From assembly GCA_951406725.2 (NCBI GenBank), contig OX597815.1, positions 138,880,001 through 138,944,000 on the forward strand: a stretch of 64,000 bases of DNA. Reading direction: 5' to 3'. The notes beneath the pieces were generated by a model that did not search any database, was not told where the DNA came from, and was given only the letters and a program-made list of their open reading frames with translations. The stretch comes from Octopus vulgaris (Eukaryota). Both the position numbers and the translations under genes were made by a program. Shown piece after piece: positions 28,118 through 42,360 of this stretch (positions are counted from its first letter, which is position 1; each line of letters opens with the position of its first letter).

Positions 28118-28384
28118 AACTGTTTCTCCTCCCCTTCTACTAAAACTACATTGTGAACTATATTTTGATTCCTCCGTTTATCTTCCTCCCTCTCATAGAT
28201 GTTGTGACGGACAGTGGGACGAAGATCCCCTAATATAGAGGTTGATGTCCCTTACATTTTTTTACTGGATGTAATTTATGCGTTGAAGTCTTTCAAATAT
28301 CAGTGTTTACTGAATATTACCTCTAATTTGGGAGTTAGGGAATGGAAATTAAGCCTCTATACAATATGCCCAATTCTATTACCA

Positions 28385-29032
28385 AAGCCAAGAGCGTCGC
28401 CTAAACATCTTTCACCTGCGCTGCCTCCGGAAAATCCTCCGCATAAAATGGCAGAACCATATCCCTAACAAAGATGTCCCCAGGCAAGCAGGAATACCAA
28501 GCATGTTTGCACTCCTCACACAAAGGCGTATGAGATGGCTTGGGCATGTTAGCCGTATGAAAGATGGCAGAATCCCCAAGGACATACTCTACGGAGAGCT
28601 TGCTAGGGGTACTAGGTCTGTGGGTAGACCGCTCTTACGTTACAAGGATGTTTGCAAAAGGGACATGAAGGCCTGCAACATCAATATTAGCGGTTGGGAG
28701 GCAGTTGCCGGCAACCATGGAGACTGGCGACGTACCGTGGGAGAGGGAATACAAAGGAGTGACAGAGAGAGAGAGAGAGAGAGAGAGGAGAAATGGAAAG
28801 ACAAGAAAAGACGTCAACAAGAAACTATGGAATTACAACCAGCCAGGAACAGTCTTCGCTACATTTGCGGTACCTGCCAGAGGGAGTGTTTGTCCAGGAT
28901 AGGACTACACAGCCACAGCAGGAAATGTATCAGGACATGAAATGTAAAAGCCGGACTAGACTACTTTATGCGCAACTCCATTGTCTCCCGAGACAAAAAG
29001 GATGCCAACCAACAACCAACCAACCAACCAAT
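28385..29032 (+). mobile_element. RTE LINE 3' end (5'-truncated)
   Basis: FHLRCLRKILRIKWQ...QRRMRWLGHVSRMKDGRIPKDILYGEL...GRPLLRYKDVCKRDMK...CGTCQRECLSRIGLHSHSRKC; (CCAA)n tail. Confidence 0.92.
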
Positions 29033-30949
29033 TACCAAAGTCTAGCGTAGAGCCCTTTCAATTACGCCTGGGTGTAAATGAATAATATTACACTCTCTTC
29101 CCTATCTCTTGCAAAAAACGTTTCAGGGTTACCCCACTGAGTATTCTGTTGCTGTCTAATGACAATCTTAGAGTAGAATCGTTGGATTGCTTTCGGTTGA
29201 GTAATGAGCTTCATATTGAGACAAAATCATATATAGAAACAATTCTTCTGTTGTTAACCTTCTCAACTTGAATTCCGTTATTTGTCTGTGCGTTGTTACC
29301 ATCTTAGTAACATTAGTGAAGAATGTTTTCCTAACTATTATTTCGAAGATGTGATTGAAGAAGCTTTGAGATGTTATGTATAGTGATCGTTTACATAAAT
29401 ATTGACACTTCATCGTTATAATAACTCGTTTTCTAGTTTCTTCCTGAAATATATATGTGCAAATATTGAAAGTATTTGGATATGATATGTAGAGAAATAA
29501 AACTAATTAGAATGTGGGAATAGTAAATGCAAGAATGACACTATGGGAGTGCTGTACGAGGGTAAGGAAGGTGAAATAATTTAGAAATATTTTTACCTTT
29601 CGTATTTCGGATCATATGAAATATGTGACGGTTTAACAAACAGTAAAACTGTGTAGGTTTTGGAAACTGAATGCCTTTCACAGTAAGGAATATTAAGGTT
29701 CTTTTTCCACCTCCAATCTCAATTATGACAACAATACATCGGAACATGGAAATCATATTCGAATATGCTGAATATTAATTTTCTCACTATGCAAATATTT
29801 CTGAGATATCGAGCAACAGAAAGTTATTTTCAATTTCATACTCAAAAGAAGAAAAAAAACTCTGCATTCTGTTGTTTGACTTGACACAATGGGCAATTTT
29901 CCGCTCGTCTCACCATCCCAGGATATATCTTCTTTTCAAACTCGTTTCCAAAATCTGCGCTACTTCTTCCTTTACTAATTTCAACTGCAATTCTTCTTTC
30001 ATAAATGGAAATACGAAAGTATGATCTGGATTCACTTTCTTCGGGGAATTCTTTTTCACATATTTTAAGAAATAACTGAAGCGCTTCAACAGTAATTGTG
30101 AAGAACGTAAAATTGTACCATTGCTATCTCCTGAGATATGCGCTAATAAAATGCAGATATTTACTGTTTAAAATGTCACAAAGTTGTTCTAAATCATATG
30201 AATATCTAATATATTGATGAATCATCATTCTCAACTATTTATTACATTATTAGAAAAGAAGAATAAAATTATATTTGTTGAAGTCAGAAAAACAAACTGT
30301 AAACAAACGAAATTAAGTCTTAATATTTATATTGTTATTACCGTGTTGATTGCAGTTTACATACGTGATATAATAACAAAAAGATCATTAATTTCGCGAT
30401 AATAAATGTGTTGCTGCAAGCTTATTACGCTTAAAACTTTATTGCAATATATTTCTGCATGAGATTTAATGCATAGAATTTTTAGTTGAAGATACACTAA
30501 ATAAATACATATATATATAAAAAAGAATACTGACGAAGATTATAAAAGTTTGAGAAAACTTATTAAAGATTAATCAATACTTACTGTTTGAAAGTATTAT
30601 TTAGATTAGTCTTACTCTAACGTACACCAAGGAGCCAAAATACCTCATAGCATATGTTAAATCAAATTTATTTTATGAATCCATTCCCTCTTATTTTATT
30701 TCAAATGTAAATTATATGAGTAAAATATCTTCGTCATATGTTACGTTCCCTGTGTATTGAGTGAACAAATACAGTTCATTGTCACAATGTCATGGTGTCT
30801 CGTCAATAGTCTTCCTGATGATTGTATGAAGTGCTAAGTATATCTCTTCATTGTCTTTTTACAGATGATTTATTTTTGCATCTTCTCATTTGTATAGGAA
30901 ATTAGAACAAAGTTTCTATCAAAATTTTCAACCCAGTTATTATGAATCG

Positions 30950-31854
30950 AGAGAGTAACACTCCAGTCTGATCCATATGCTGTGAGTCAATGGGCAGACA
31001 AAAACAAAATGCAACCGAACGAGGGAAAATTTGAGCTGAGTCATTTTGGAAGGAAGTCCACACTAAAACAGCCATACTCTCTTTCTTCAGGGGAACCGCT
31101 CACAGCCTCTAACAATATCAGAGACCTGGGCATAATTGTTGATTGCAATCTTAGTTGGAGTGCCCACATCAACAATAGGATGAGCTCCTGGATCTTAAGA
31201 ATGTTCCGGTCCAGAGAACAAGGTGTCATCATACCACTTTTCTCCTCCTTTGTACGGCCACACCTCGAATACTACTGCCCAATGTGGTCTCCCCATACAA
31301 AACAAAACATTTCGAAGATTGAATCACCCGAGAGGGCACTCACTAACCGAATTGAAGGCATGACTGCTCTCGATTATTGGGACCGCCTTAAAGCCTTGAA
31401 ACTCTACTTTCTCCAGCGCCGCCGCGAGCGGTACATCATTTGTACGATGTGGATAATACACCGCCAACTTTGCCCAAATGACCTGAAGATTAGTTTCAAG
31501 GTTCATCCAAGGCTGGGACCACCGTCCATACGTCCCCTGCCCAATTCAGGATCACAGCATATAGGTACACTTCAACATAATTTCTTTTCGTCAACAGGCC
31601 CTGCCCTGTTTAACATTGTCCCGAAAGAGATCAATTAGAAAAAGGATCCCATCAACTTTAAAAGGAGTCTTGACAGATTTCTTCAAGGGATACCGGATAA
31701 GCTACCCATATCTGAATACAACTCACTCAACAAGAACTCACTACTTGAATGGACCATAAACAAAACTTGACTTAAACAGGATTTAGATAATCCTATCAGG
31801 TGGTGCTATTAAGTTAGACATGGCCTGGACCAATCGTTGGTCGAAACATATCTA

Positions 31855-31860
<6 letters not shown>
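30950..31860 (+). mobile_element. CR1-group LINE 3' end
   Basis: ORF 30982-31638: RDLGIIVD.NLSWSAHI...SFVRPHLEYYCPMWSPH...LQRRRERY...GPALFNIVP; ends at (TA)n. Confidence 0.9.
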
Positions 31861-31911
<51 letters not shown>

Positions 31912-31931
31912 ATATATATAAAGGGAGAGAG

Positions 31932-31978
<47 letters not shown>

Positions 31979-32292
31979 TTGCTATTTAACGATGAGCTGT
32001 GCAGAAAATAAGTTTTGCTTTATTAATGACGAGCCGTCAACCGTACAATTATCCAAATTAATGGATCTACCACGGTACTAGCATTGTAGTAAATATCACC
32101 TGAACTATGCAATTGTTTGGAGACGGAAGCCTATTAATGTTCTTTGAGGATCAGTTCACAAACCGTGAAAGACTACCACACTACTGTTTCCACACATCTA
32201 TAGCATAGCAAACTTGGGTTATAACTCCATATCACCCTGAATGATGGATTTGCAATATTGAAATTTTTTTGCATAAAATAGAAGCTGCGTGC

Positions 32293-32348
<56 letters not shown>

Positions 32349-32356
32349 ATGTATGC

Positions 32357-32387
<31 letters not shown>

Positions 32388-32748
32388 TTTGTATAAATAT
32401 ATGCGATAAATTGAGAAGCGGTGACTAGTAATGATTCTGTGAATATAAATAATATTTTTATAAGTTTAAAGCTTATAAGCGACCACTGTGTATTGACTAA
32501 AGAAAATAGTTTAGTATTGGGGCATATAAGCCCTTAACAGAAAAAAAGTGGGTTTTCCGTACGCATGGGGCAAAAACCCACAACTCTATTAATCGCGATA
32601 AATGCACTACCCATAGCACCAACATACCCACTCATTTCTACCCGTTAGATTTGTGAACTTTAATTTCATAGTGATGTTTTTAAAACAAACACTCACAGAA
32701 TGTATACATACGTGCATGCATACCTACATACATACATACATACATACA

Positions 32749-32784
<36 letters not shown>

Positions 32785-32789
32785 TACGT

Positions 32790-33425
32790 ATATATCGATA
32801 GGTAAATTGATACCATTTGATACCTTTAATTTCGCGCATGCGTATTGTTTGCTCTTCATTTGTTCGCCTACACTTTATAGTATGGTCAGTCGGGCACCGT
32901 CTTTGAAAAAATAAAGCACCATGACGCAATTTAATCTGCCAGAAATTTGGAAATGACATGTTGTACTTCGTATTCGCGCCGAAAGCTCCAATATAAACAT
33001 TTCAGAGAGTTTATGTGTCAATCTGAGGACAGTGCAGAGGTTTTGGAAAGAGTTGTATGAGACTAATGATTATTACGAAGGTGCGGCAGCAGGGAAAACT
33101 CACTCTGCTCGTTCTTATAAGAAGAAAATTCCTGTATTCTTTTGGTGAGATTCAGGCCATATTTGACACCGATCCCTCCAAGTCAATCAGGACCATCGGC
33201 AGGGACGTAGGAGTGTCTGAGTTTCTTATCAGGCAGGTAGAGCATGAAAACATTCGGTATTCCTCATACAAGATGTGAAAGAGCTAATTTTTTTATCCCA
33301 AGCCATCAAGGACAAGTGAAAAACTCGCGCCACGAAGCTTCTGAACAAGCACATGCATCCCCTCCAACCGAACATGATTTGTTTTTTTTCTCAGACGAGA
33401 AAAATTTCTACCAGCATCAGCAAAA
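32790..33425 (+). mobile_element. Tc1/mariner-superfamily transposase 5' remnant
   Basis: NISESLCVNLRTVQRFWKE (HTH), DPSKSIRTIGRDVGVSEFLIRQV and FFSDEKNF (first catalytic Asp); several stops. Confidence 0.8.
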
Positions 33426-33572
33426 CAAAGACGCACCACGTAGCAGTACTGATCTAAGGAACGACACCGGTAGGCAGACTGATGCCTGAGCGTCGCATAA
33501 AGTGGCTTCTAGCACGGGTTTGTCCCACAGAAAACGTTTCTGGTTACTTTTGGATACCGCCTTGTAGAATAA

Positions 33573-33625
<53 letters not shown>

Positions 33626-34066
33626 TCTATCTAATTATCTATCTGCCTGTCTGTCTATCTATCTGTCTGTCTAACATTTAAGCTTCCGCTCTTCGAGAGA
33701 CTGACTCCATGATTATTGAAGCCTTCTTGTAACACGTTTATTCAAAGTTACTCAAGCTAGATGATTACTCAGATGACACTAAAAGACAACTTGGTGGGAC
33801 AATATAGAATACACATATGATCAGTTGAACTTGAGAGAAATGGAATATAATACACAACGTTGCGAATTTTCGCTAAATACATAATAAATTTGCACAGAAT
33901 TTATTTGCCTTCTATTTCTGTTTGGTCTTTATTACTGCAGAGTTGTTTGAACGTCACTAACATATTTCATATTGACAATTATGATGAATACAATTTTCTG
34001 TATACTGTCTGTCTGTCTGTCTCTCCTCTCTCTCTCTCTCTCCCTTTCTATCTCTCTCTCTCATTA

Positions 34067-34172
<106 letters not shown>

Positions 34173-35849
34173 ATCTACAAGAAATGTAAATCTGTCTTCT
34201 GCAGTTTTAATTTTCGCTCTAATGTTGACAGTATTTTTAAAATTGAACATTTCCCCATATATTTGATAATATAAGATTGTCAATAAATATAGCTTTAAAG
34301 TGGATTACATTTACGCAAAAATCTTTGCTGTTTCTGTTTCGAGTACAAACGGAAGAAAACTCTCAAATGCGAAAACAAAATACTATTATCCTCGGTGTAA
34401 TTTCTTTACCCATAAATCATTCTCTCTCAAGCATATATCTCTTTGTAGAATATTAGTTTCCTCCATGGAACAAGAATGTAAGGAACCTAAGAAGTATATA
34501 GGTTTTATTAAATATCCCTTAACACAGTCTGTCACTATAAAGGGCTTTTTAACACTCCTATCCAGATAAGGCAACTAGTTACTGTTTTAAATCCAACTGA
34601 TGCCTGATACAGCGTGGATTCCCTTTGCACAAAACTTTATGTTCGTGGACGTTCTGAGAATATCCTATTATAGACTTCGATAAAATCTTGTTGACATTTC
34701 CCTCTCCGAAAAGTTATTTAGAAAGAAAAACGAAACTATTAAAGTTAGTTATCGACATTAAAATTTCTTTACCTTCGCGTGTGTTATCGTATCTAGTTGG
34801 GTTTCAGAATATTAAAAATAAAAAAGAGAATAAAAGAATATTTTATGTTTAAATGTTTGAAAATTGAATGGACGGAAGCGTAAATATTTGTACAGATTTA
34901 GTGACCAGTTAAATTTCTATAACATAAATATTTGTGCTTTTGTTACACTGATTCCCTGCTGCAACAACCATTTGAATAATCATTAGCGTTAGACTTACAA
35001 CAATAATCCAAGAAGTTTCCAGATTCTAATAAACTCGACTTTTGTATCGAGTACTTATTCATCGTTTAGACCATTGCGCACATAAATACTTATATACATA
35101 CACATACGCTCACATAGATCTCTCTCCCCATATACTCACACAAACATACATACCGTAAATACATACATACATACATATATGTATATATATAATATATATA
35201 TATATATATAAAATTTGTGTGTGTATTTGTTTGTGCGTGTGAGTGTGTGTATGTGTGTGTTTGAGTATACTTGTTGATATGCACATGAAAGCATATACAT
35301 TTATCTCTTCATTCATGCAGCATCAGATGAGTGAATGGGAACTACGAGATATTATATTAGACAACAGTGAGGAGTGAAATCAAATTTAACGCTATTAAAT
35401 GTATTGGTATAGCTCCAACCTGTGAATCCCACGAAAGTTGCCAGACTAGATTGGCCACAAAGTACATCAGTATTAAATTTAATTTCACTTATCTTAGCAA
35501 CCAACAGCAATCATTCTCAACACAGATTTGCTGACATTAATGAAACTTCTCTTGTCAATTATTATTTAAACAACTATTAATAACCGACGACTTAATTTCA
35601 GATATGCAGTTGTTGAGAATTACTATGGACTTTCAAAAATGTTTGGTTCCTCAAGCAACTTTATGATATCGATTTATAATATTGGCACATGTTTAGAAAT
35701 TTGGACGAAGCGATATAGTCGTACTGTTGATATATAATAGACATAGCTAACTGCTAGGTTATGGTTCTTAGTCTGTTTCGACGATGACTTTTAAGTTGTT
35801 CGCCCCAGCGAATAACATGAGCTTTTAATAAGACTTTAAAAATCTGAGC

Positions 35850-36027
35850 ACAAGTACTTATATTCTTAGCATAAATCCTGGCCGTAAAGAGCATGATACA
35901 AAGTGAAAAGACCTGATCATTAAATTACGGTTACAATTACAGACACAATGCTTCCAACTTGTTGTCTCTTGAGGTCTCTGGGCGAGACTTGGAGACAACT
36001 TGTACAAATGTAAAGCAAAAGTCAAAC

Positions 36028-36126
<99 letters not shown>

Positions 36127-36140
36127 CCACAACAACAACA
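35850..36140 (+). mobile_element. Probable R4/Dong 3'UTR with (AAT)n tail
   Basis: ..GTCTCTTGAGGTCTCTGGGCGAGACTTGG..CAAAAGTCAAACAT followed by a long (AAT)n run. Confidence 0.5.
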
Positions 36141-36186
36141 TCGAAAATACTTTAGGAATGAGAACCCAGGTTCGAAATTTCCCCAA

Positions 36187-36232
36187 GACACCTGATGAAG
36201 GCTGGAGGGTATATCAGCCGAAACGTTATGTT
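36187..36232 (+). ncRNA. Minimal type I hammerhead ribozyme (PLE type)
   Basis: GACAC-CTGATGA-A-GGCTG(GAGGGTATAT)CAGCC-GAAAC-GTT-ATGTT: intact core, 5-bp stem II, palindromic AACGTT in place of stem III. Confidence 0.8.
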
Positions 36233-37105
36233 AACAACAAACAAGATGGGGACAAATATCCGTCAATTGTAAATAATGTAAATAATGTGACATAACCAAA
36301 TTCGGAGGCATACTGGGGTTAATATGGTATTCATAAATTAGACTCCAGTAATGTAGGAAATTTTCAGTTCATGTAATATAGGAGGAGAAAATCTCCCTTC
36401 CTCGAATATCTGCTGGGGAGCAATTAACTTGGCTCAGTGTTGCTCATCACAGACGCGGTTAAGCTGCATAACACTGTGATAACCGAATAATGGAGAGAAA
36501 CACTGAAAATAGGGTTGTAATACAACTGTTTTCATGACGTTTGAAATTCTTCGATTGTCTATATTGATCCTACTATCACATACGGTGCACTAATCACTAT
36601 ATCATATCTCAAACAAACAACTTATTTCCTTTTCAACTAGTTCTTTTGATGGATTTTTCAATTTCTGTGCGAGTATTTTTCTCTCTAATGTCTATTATAG
36701 TGCATAATATTTTCTCTTCGTCTTTCATTGTTATTTGGAAACTTTGATAAATCTGAACGGAAATCTTTGATAAATCTGAACGGAAATCTATGTATGATTT
36801 TTATGAAACAAATATATTTTGCATCTTATACCGAATCTTCTATTTTTATTTAAAACTGCCAATATATTGTCTAATGAGTATAACTTAACTACCGATGATA
36901 CCTGTAAATGATATAGTTGCAAAATTTGGAATACTGAACATGTAGGGATCAAACTGTTTTGTTGTTAATCGCCACCCTGTCAGTGAGGAATATTTCTTGT
37001 TCAATATTGTACATTTTGTTTTAATGATAATAGAATGTTCTTGCCAATACTGAAACTTTCGGCTTTGCCAATATTTCAGTTCTTTTTAAAGAATTTGCTT
37101 ACATA

Positions 37106-37267
37106 GGCGCGGGAGTGGCTGTGTGGTAAGTAGCTTGCTTACCAACCACATGGTTCCGGGTTCAGTCCCACTGCGTGGCATCTTGGGCAAGTGTCTTCTG
37201 CTATAGCCTTGGGCTGACCAATGCCTTGTGAGTGGATTTGGTAGACGGAAACTGAAAGAAGCCTGTC

Positions 37268-37347
<80 letters not shown>

Positions 37348-37565
37348 TTGTATGTCTGTGTTTGTCCCTCTAGTATTGCTTGACAACCGATGCTGGTGTT
37401 TTTACGTCCCCGTCACTTAGCGGTTCAGCAAAAGAGACCGATAGAATAAGTACTGGGCTTACAAAGAATAAGTTCCGGGGTCGATTTGTTCGACTAAAGG
37501 TGGTGCTCCAGCATGGCTGCAGTCAAATGACTGAAACAAGTAAAAAAGAGTAAAGAAAGAGAGAG
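37106..37565 (+). mobile_element. tRNA-derived SINE family A (full length)
   Basis: A box TGGCTGTGTGG at 37116, B box GGTTCAGTCCC at 37159; internal (TA)n(TG)n; homologous to 4851-5268. Confidence 0.9.
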
Positions 37566-37849
37566 TATAGCTTCAATTCACGCCTGACCACTTCTCACTA
37601 TAGATAAGGACATTGATCAAGTAGTGTTCAATATGTTTTCCACATATATGTATGCTTCTTTCTTAATTTGGGACCTTTTCGTTATGCAATTAACTTTTAT
37701 TTTGTCTTCATTTGTTTTAATATAATATAAACATTTCTTTTTGTCATTTGATGTTTCTCGTAATAATTAATATTATCTTTCCTCACTTTTTAATAATGTC
37801 TTTAAACCGATGTATTACTCTCTGTTTTATTCCGATCTCATTTTCCTTG

Positions 37850-38850
37850 AGTGCGTGATGCGTATATTCTATCTATGGCTACAGTCATATTAGTTTAGAC
37901 CTAGTCGTTCTGGGTTTTCTTATATCGAAGCTATGGATTAATACTAATATAGATAATGGAATTTTGACTTTCAGTCACGTCCCTTCTGAATCCTTCAGCA
38001 ATGTTCATAGATGCTCCTGTTTGTTATCATATTTTTAAATAAATCTACAGTCATATGTTTTACAATGTTTCCTTAGCATTTCTATCTTTATGTGATTAGA
38101 TTCAGCGTACATAGTTGAATAGACTATGAGTGGTCTCCTTTCAATATTCCTCTTAATAGAGAGGTAAAATTTATATTATATTTCTGGTGATATATTATTG
38201 ATATTTCCCATGTTGACATGATGTCATTCTTATACTATCTTCATATCAGTTGTACATTATTTATAGTAAGTGTTTGAAATATGCAAATGTACGATGCATT
38301 GTTGAAGATACGTCATTGAGAAATCCATCCTACGCTTGTTTATTTATTAACCGTTGACTTCAATAACTGCATGGTTAACCAATAGCTGTCATAATATCCA
38401 CTCCAGCTCTTCCTTCTAACAGCCTTTCTGCTCATCTGGTGTATTTCGTTCGTGGAATGAATATTGTTTTCTACTCTATTAAATAGCCGGCTCTTAATTC
38501 TGAACTCTTTAGTATTCCATTTAAGGGTGTTGCTAAGAGCTTAACCAGAAATTGAATTATATTGATTTTGGGAACTTTCCAACCATCTCTATTGCGTTGG
38601 TCAATTCTTCGCTCGTTATACTGAGCCATGCGTGTAATGGTATTGTTTTTCCAATCTACTTTACTGAACATTTTACTTCTTTATTATCATAAAGTTTTGG
38701 CTCCATACGCTCTCTCGGAATGTCTGGGTTTCTTTCACTGTTAATATAACTTTAACGTTGATGTCGATTTATTTCTAATACTTGCTATTGTTTGTGAAAC
38801 AGATTCTATTTCTTAAGCCATCACATTTACCATGCCGTGGCTTAGATTAT
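37850..38850 (-). mobile_element. Highly decayed R4/Dong RT region
   Basis: Remnant motifs TFRESVWS, SITSEELTNAI, WKVP and RGILKGD (cf. RGIFQGD). Confidence 0.45.
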
Positions 38851-39399
38851 TTGCACTTTTTTTTATTTCCATATCTCACTGTTGTCTTTTGTTTATATTC
38901 TTTATAAAAGCAGTTGTTAACATTTCTCTATCACTCAGTATGGAGCGATTATTCTATTTTGTTAATTTAGTTTTGAATATTTTTTATTTATTACCGTATT
39001 TCTGATAACAAAAATTTGATAAAATCAATACTATCTAGAAAACAAATCATTGGCCTAATACCAACATAAGAAATCTTTAGGATTATTGTTGCGACCTGTG
39101 TACATTTCAAAGTGTGGAGGATGCTATATTGTAGCGACAAGTAAAAAATCAGGTGATCAAATGAAGCCAAATAGCTGAAGACACTGATCACACACATTAT
39201 ATAAAACCAAAATGATATAGTTGATATTACTGGCAACTAATATCAACTATCTAGAAAATCTTACATCTTTAACTATGCACTTTATACAGTTAGATGATCA
39301 TTGGTGTTCTCTAATACACCTTTCAATCTTTGTGATGGAAATTACAGATTTTTGATGAGAAATTATATAATTAAATGGATCTTCGACCCATGAAGAATA

Positions 39400-39497
39400 T
39401 TGTGGTTTCGATTTCTGAACCGGGTCATGCATTGTGTTCTTGAGCAAATCACTTCATTTCACTTTGCTCCAGTACACTCAGCTGGCAAAAATGAATA
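39400..39497 (+). mobile_element. SINE family C fragment
   Basis: GTTCTTGAGCAAATCACTTCATTTCACTTTGCTCCAGTACACTCAGCTGGCAAAAATGA matches 57350-57420(-). Confidence 0.7.
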
Positions 39498-39696
39498 TTC
39501 CTATGACAGGTAGGTGTCTGGTCCATTGGAGAATACACACGCAACAGAAACAGTAAACGGGTCATATGAGTCTACATGACTTGGGAAGGACCTTTTTTGC
39601 ATAATTAAGGTTATATTTTTCATATTTAACACACAAAACTCTGTTGAATGTATGCATATTTTGTACTTATACAAATCTGAACGTACACACAACATT

Positions 39697-39716
39697 ATCT
39701 ATCTATCTATCTACAG

Positions 39717-39802
<86 letters not shown>
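39697..39802. repeat. (ATCT)n tetranucleotide array
   Basis: Directly visible. Confidence 0.95.
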
Positions 39803-40829
39803 CGTATATAAACTTAGTTTAAATATGCTCACTAACAACAAAAAAATGAATGTACTTACTGGTATATAAGTGCTTGCGTAAATGATATTAGTTCAAAATC
39901 ATATAATCAGGTTTCGTCTTTTAAATATAGAAAAGAAAAAGAAAACATCACTTCTTTAAGTAAATTTGTTTAGAGACTCAAATAGCGGAATGTTATGATA
40001 TCAAACGTTTTGTAATAAGTAATGCACTACCGTGTAACGAGGAAGTGGGGAGGAGAGCTAAAATGCAACTTATTTTCTCGAGGGGATGCTGCTTATTACA
40101 TTGAAATCTATCATCTATATTAAGAAAAGCGGGATTCTATGTGTCTCTCTGGGACTCCTGTATCTCAGACTACATTTACTTGGCATCAGGATGATCTCAG
40201 GATTGAAAATCTATCCTTCAGTTGGTTTTTAAATATACAGCATTGGGATCTGATTTAAATGAATTTGGGTTGCTATTTCTAGCAGGTAAAACTTGGCTGA
40301 TTGACACCAGCTTCCTTGACATTTTGTCAGATGACGTTAGAGATCAAGGGGGAGATAAATGACATTCGCTTCGTTCCTTTTTACGTCGACATAAGAAATT
40401 TGGGCCACATCGGCCAACTACGGGAATTTAATTCGGGACTGGAACCTTAGAATGATTGCATTACAAAATTTATTCTCAACTGTCCTTAACATCTGATCAA
40501 ACACCGCCGGGGCATCATGCTATTTAGCTCTGTTTAGTTTTGTGTTGCAGCTTCAACTAGCCCTACTCAGGAGCCATCTCAGAAGTCCGCACGGAGTGTG
40601 GCTTTTAAGCTACTATTAAGTAAAAGAAATGAAGTAATATTAAGTGGTATACATTTACTTAGAATAATCTTTAAAACCTTCCCAAATAAATGGAATGCTG
40701 ATTAGTGTACCCTGATATAACAGGTTGCTGCTCCTTTTCTCGGTCTGGTGTATTTAATATATTTAACTTAGTATTATTTAGTAGATACACTACTGTTTTA
40801 TCTAATTATTTTAGTTATCTTAATTTTCT

Positions 40830-40850
40830 AATTATTATTATTATTATTAT

Positions 40851-40905
<55 letters not shown>

Positions 40906-40927
40906 ACTACAACTACTGCTGCTGCTG

Positions 40928-40962
<35 letters not shown>

Positions 40963-40963
40963 G

Positions 40964-41052
<89 letters not shown>
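40830..41052. repeat. Compound (ATT)(ACT)(GCT)(AAT) array
   Basis: Directly visible. Confidence 0.95.
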
Positions 41053-41053
<1 letters not shown>

Positions 41054-41891
41054 TTGCAGTTGCTATTGTTATTATCTTAAATACTATATTTAGATTAATT
41101 ATTATATTTAACCTTTTAAAAATTAATTTATTATAAATCTGTTCTTAAATTTATCGTTTAAACTTTATTTTGTATCTTAATTCATCTTAATTATTTTTAT
41201 ATTACAGTTCATACTAATCAAATGACATTTCAATGGTAGTCTAAATATTTATCTATTGAAGAGGTTGGTTCTACATGTAATCGTAGAAGATTCATCAAGT
41301 TGACGGGAAGGGACTGAACTGGAAAAAAACTAAGTATTATATTACAGTTCTAGCATTAACTGATAAACACAATTCCCAAGTAGGTTTGCTGAAACTCCGC
41401 CAGCCTTAATACTGATCAGATATTGTTAGTTTTACTGCAAGTAGTGACATATCGTTCTGATAATGATAGATGTATGTTTCTCTATCATTGCAGAATCGAA
41501 GAAGATCAAAACATGGGTTCGATTACTATGCATAGTTACTGGTCACAGAGTTTTGGAATTTGACAGTCTGTCCGAAACGTGCATAAGCTGATTAAAAGAT
41601 GTACAACACTCCATTTTTTTAGGTTTATATATATATATATATGTAGTGGTTGTATACTGTCAACTCAATGTGACAGTCCCGTAAGGGAATTACACCACTA
41701 CCATTTAGCCCTAGGAAACATCGACGTTTCCTGTCGGCTTTGACATATTTTCTGTGTCCTTATATTTGCAAAGGGGAGGCAATCACCCCCGTTATGTTTT
41801 ATCTTATATTTAATCTTTTTTATATGTAATTTTTTAAAATGGTGTAACTTAATTTTTAATTATTGAATCGATAAAAGGTGTGTTTTTCTAA

Positions 41892-41989
<98 letters not shown>

Positions 41990-41995
41990 ATACAT

Positions 41996-42069
<74 letters not shown>

Positions 42070-42099
42070 ACTGAGATAAAATGCTTTGAATACATTTCA

Positions 42100-42138
<39 letters not shown>

Positions 42139-42265
42139 TAAATTAGAGATGAAACCACTATTAGGCAAATCATACAATGAAAAACTTAAGCCAATACATA
42201 AGATTATTTAATTTATATTATTTAAATATATAACAAAATTATTTAAAAAAATATAATTAATATAA

Positions 42266-42331
42266 CACTACGATCGTTTCATGGCTGTTAATTTCTTTAA
42301 ATTTTCGAGTTACAATCATTCATCAGGTGGT
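42266..42331 (-). ncRNA. Hammerhead ribozyme motif (minus-strand copy)
   Basis: Reverse-complement copy of 42361-42426 with ATGATTGT in stem II. Confidence 0.6.
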
Positions 42332-42360
42332 TTTTAAACCTCGCCAAGTTAAATATTTAA

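Noticed and set aside
41525-41590. Hammerhead remnant (TATGCA...GAAACG-TGCATA)
   Set aside because: CUGANGA core absent.
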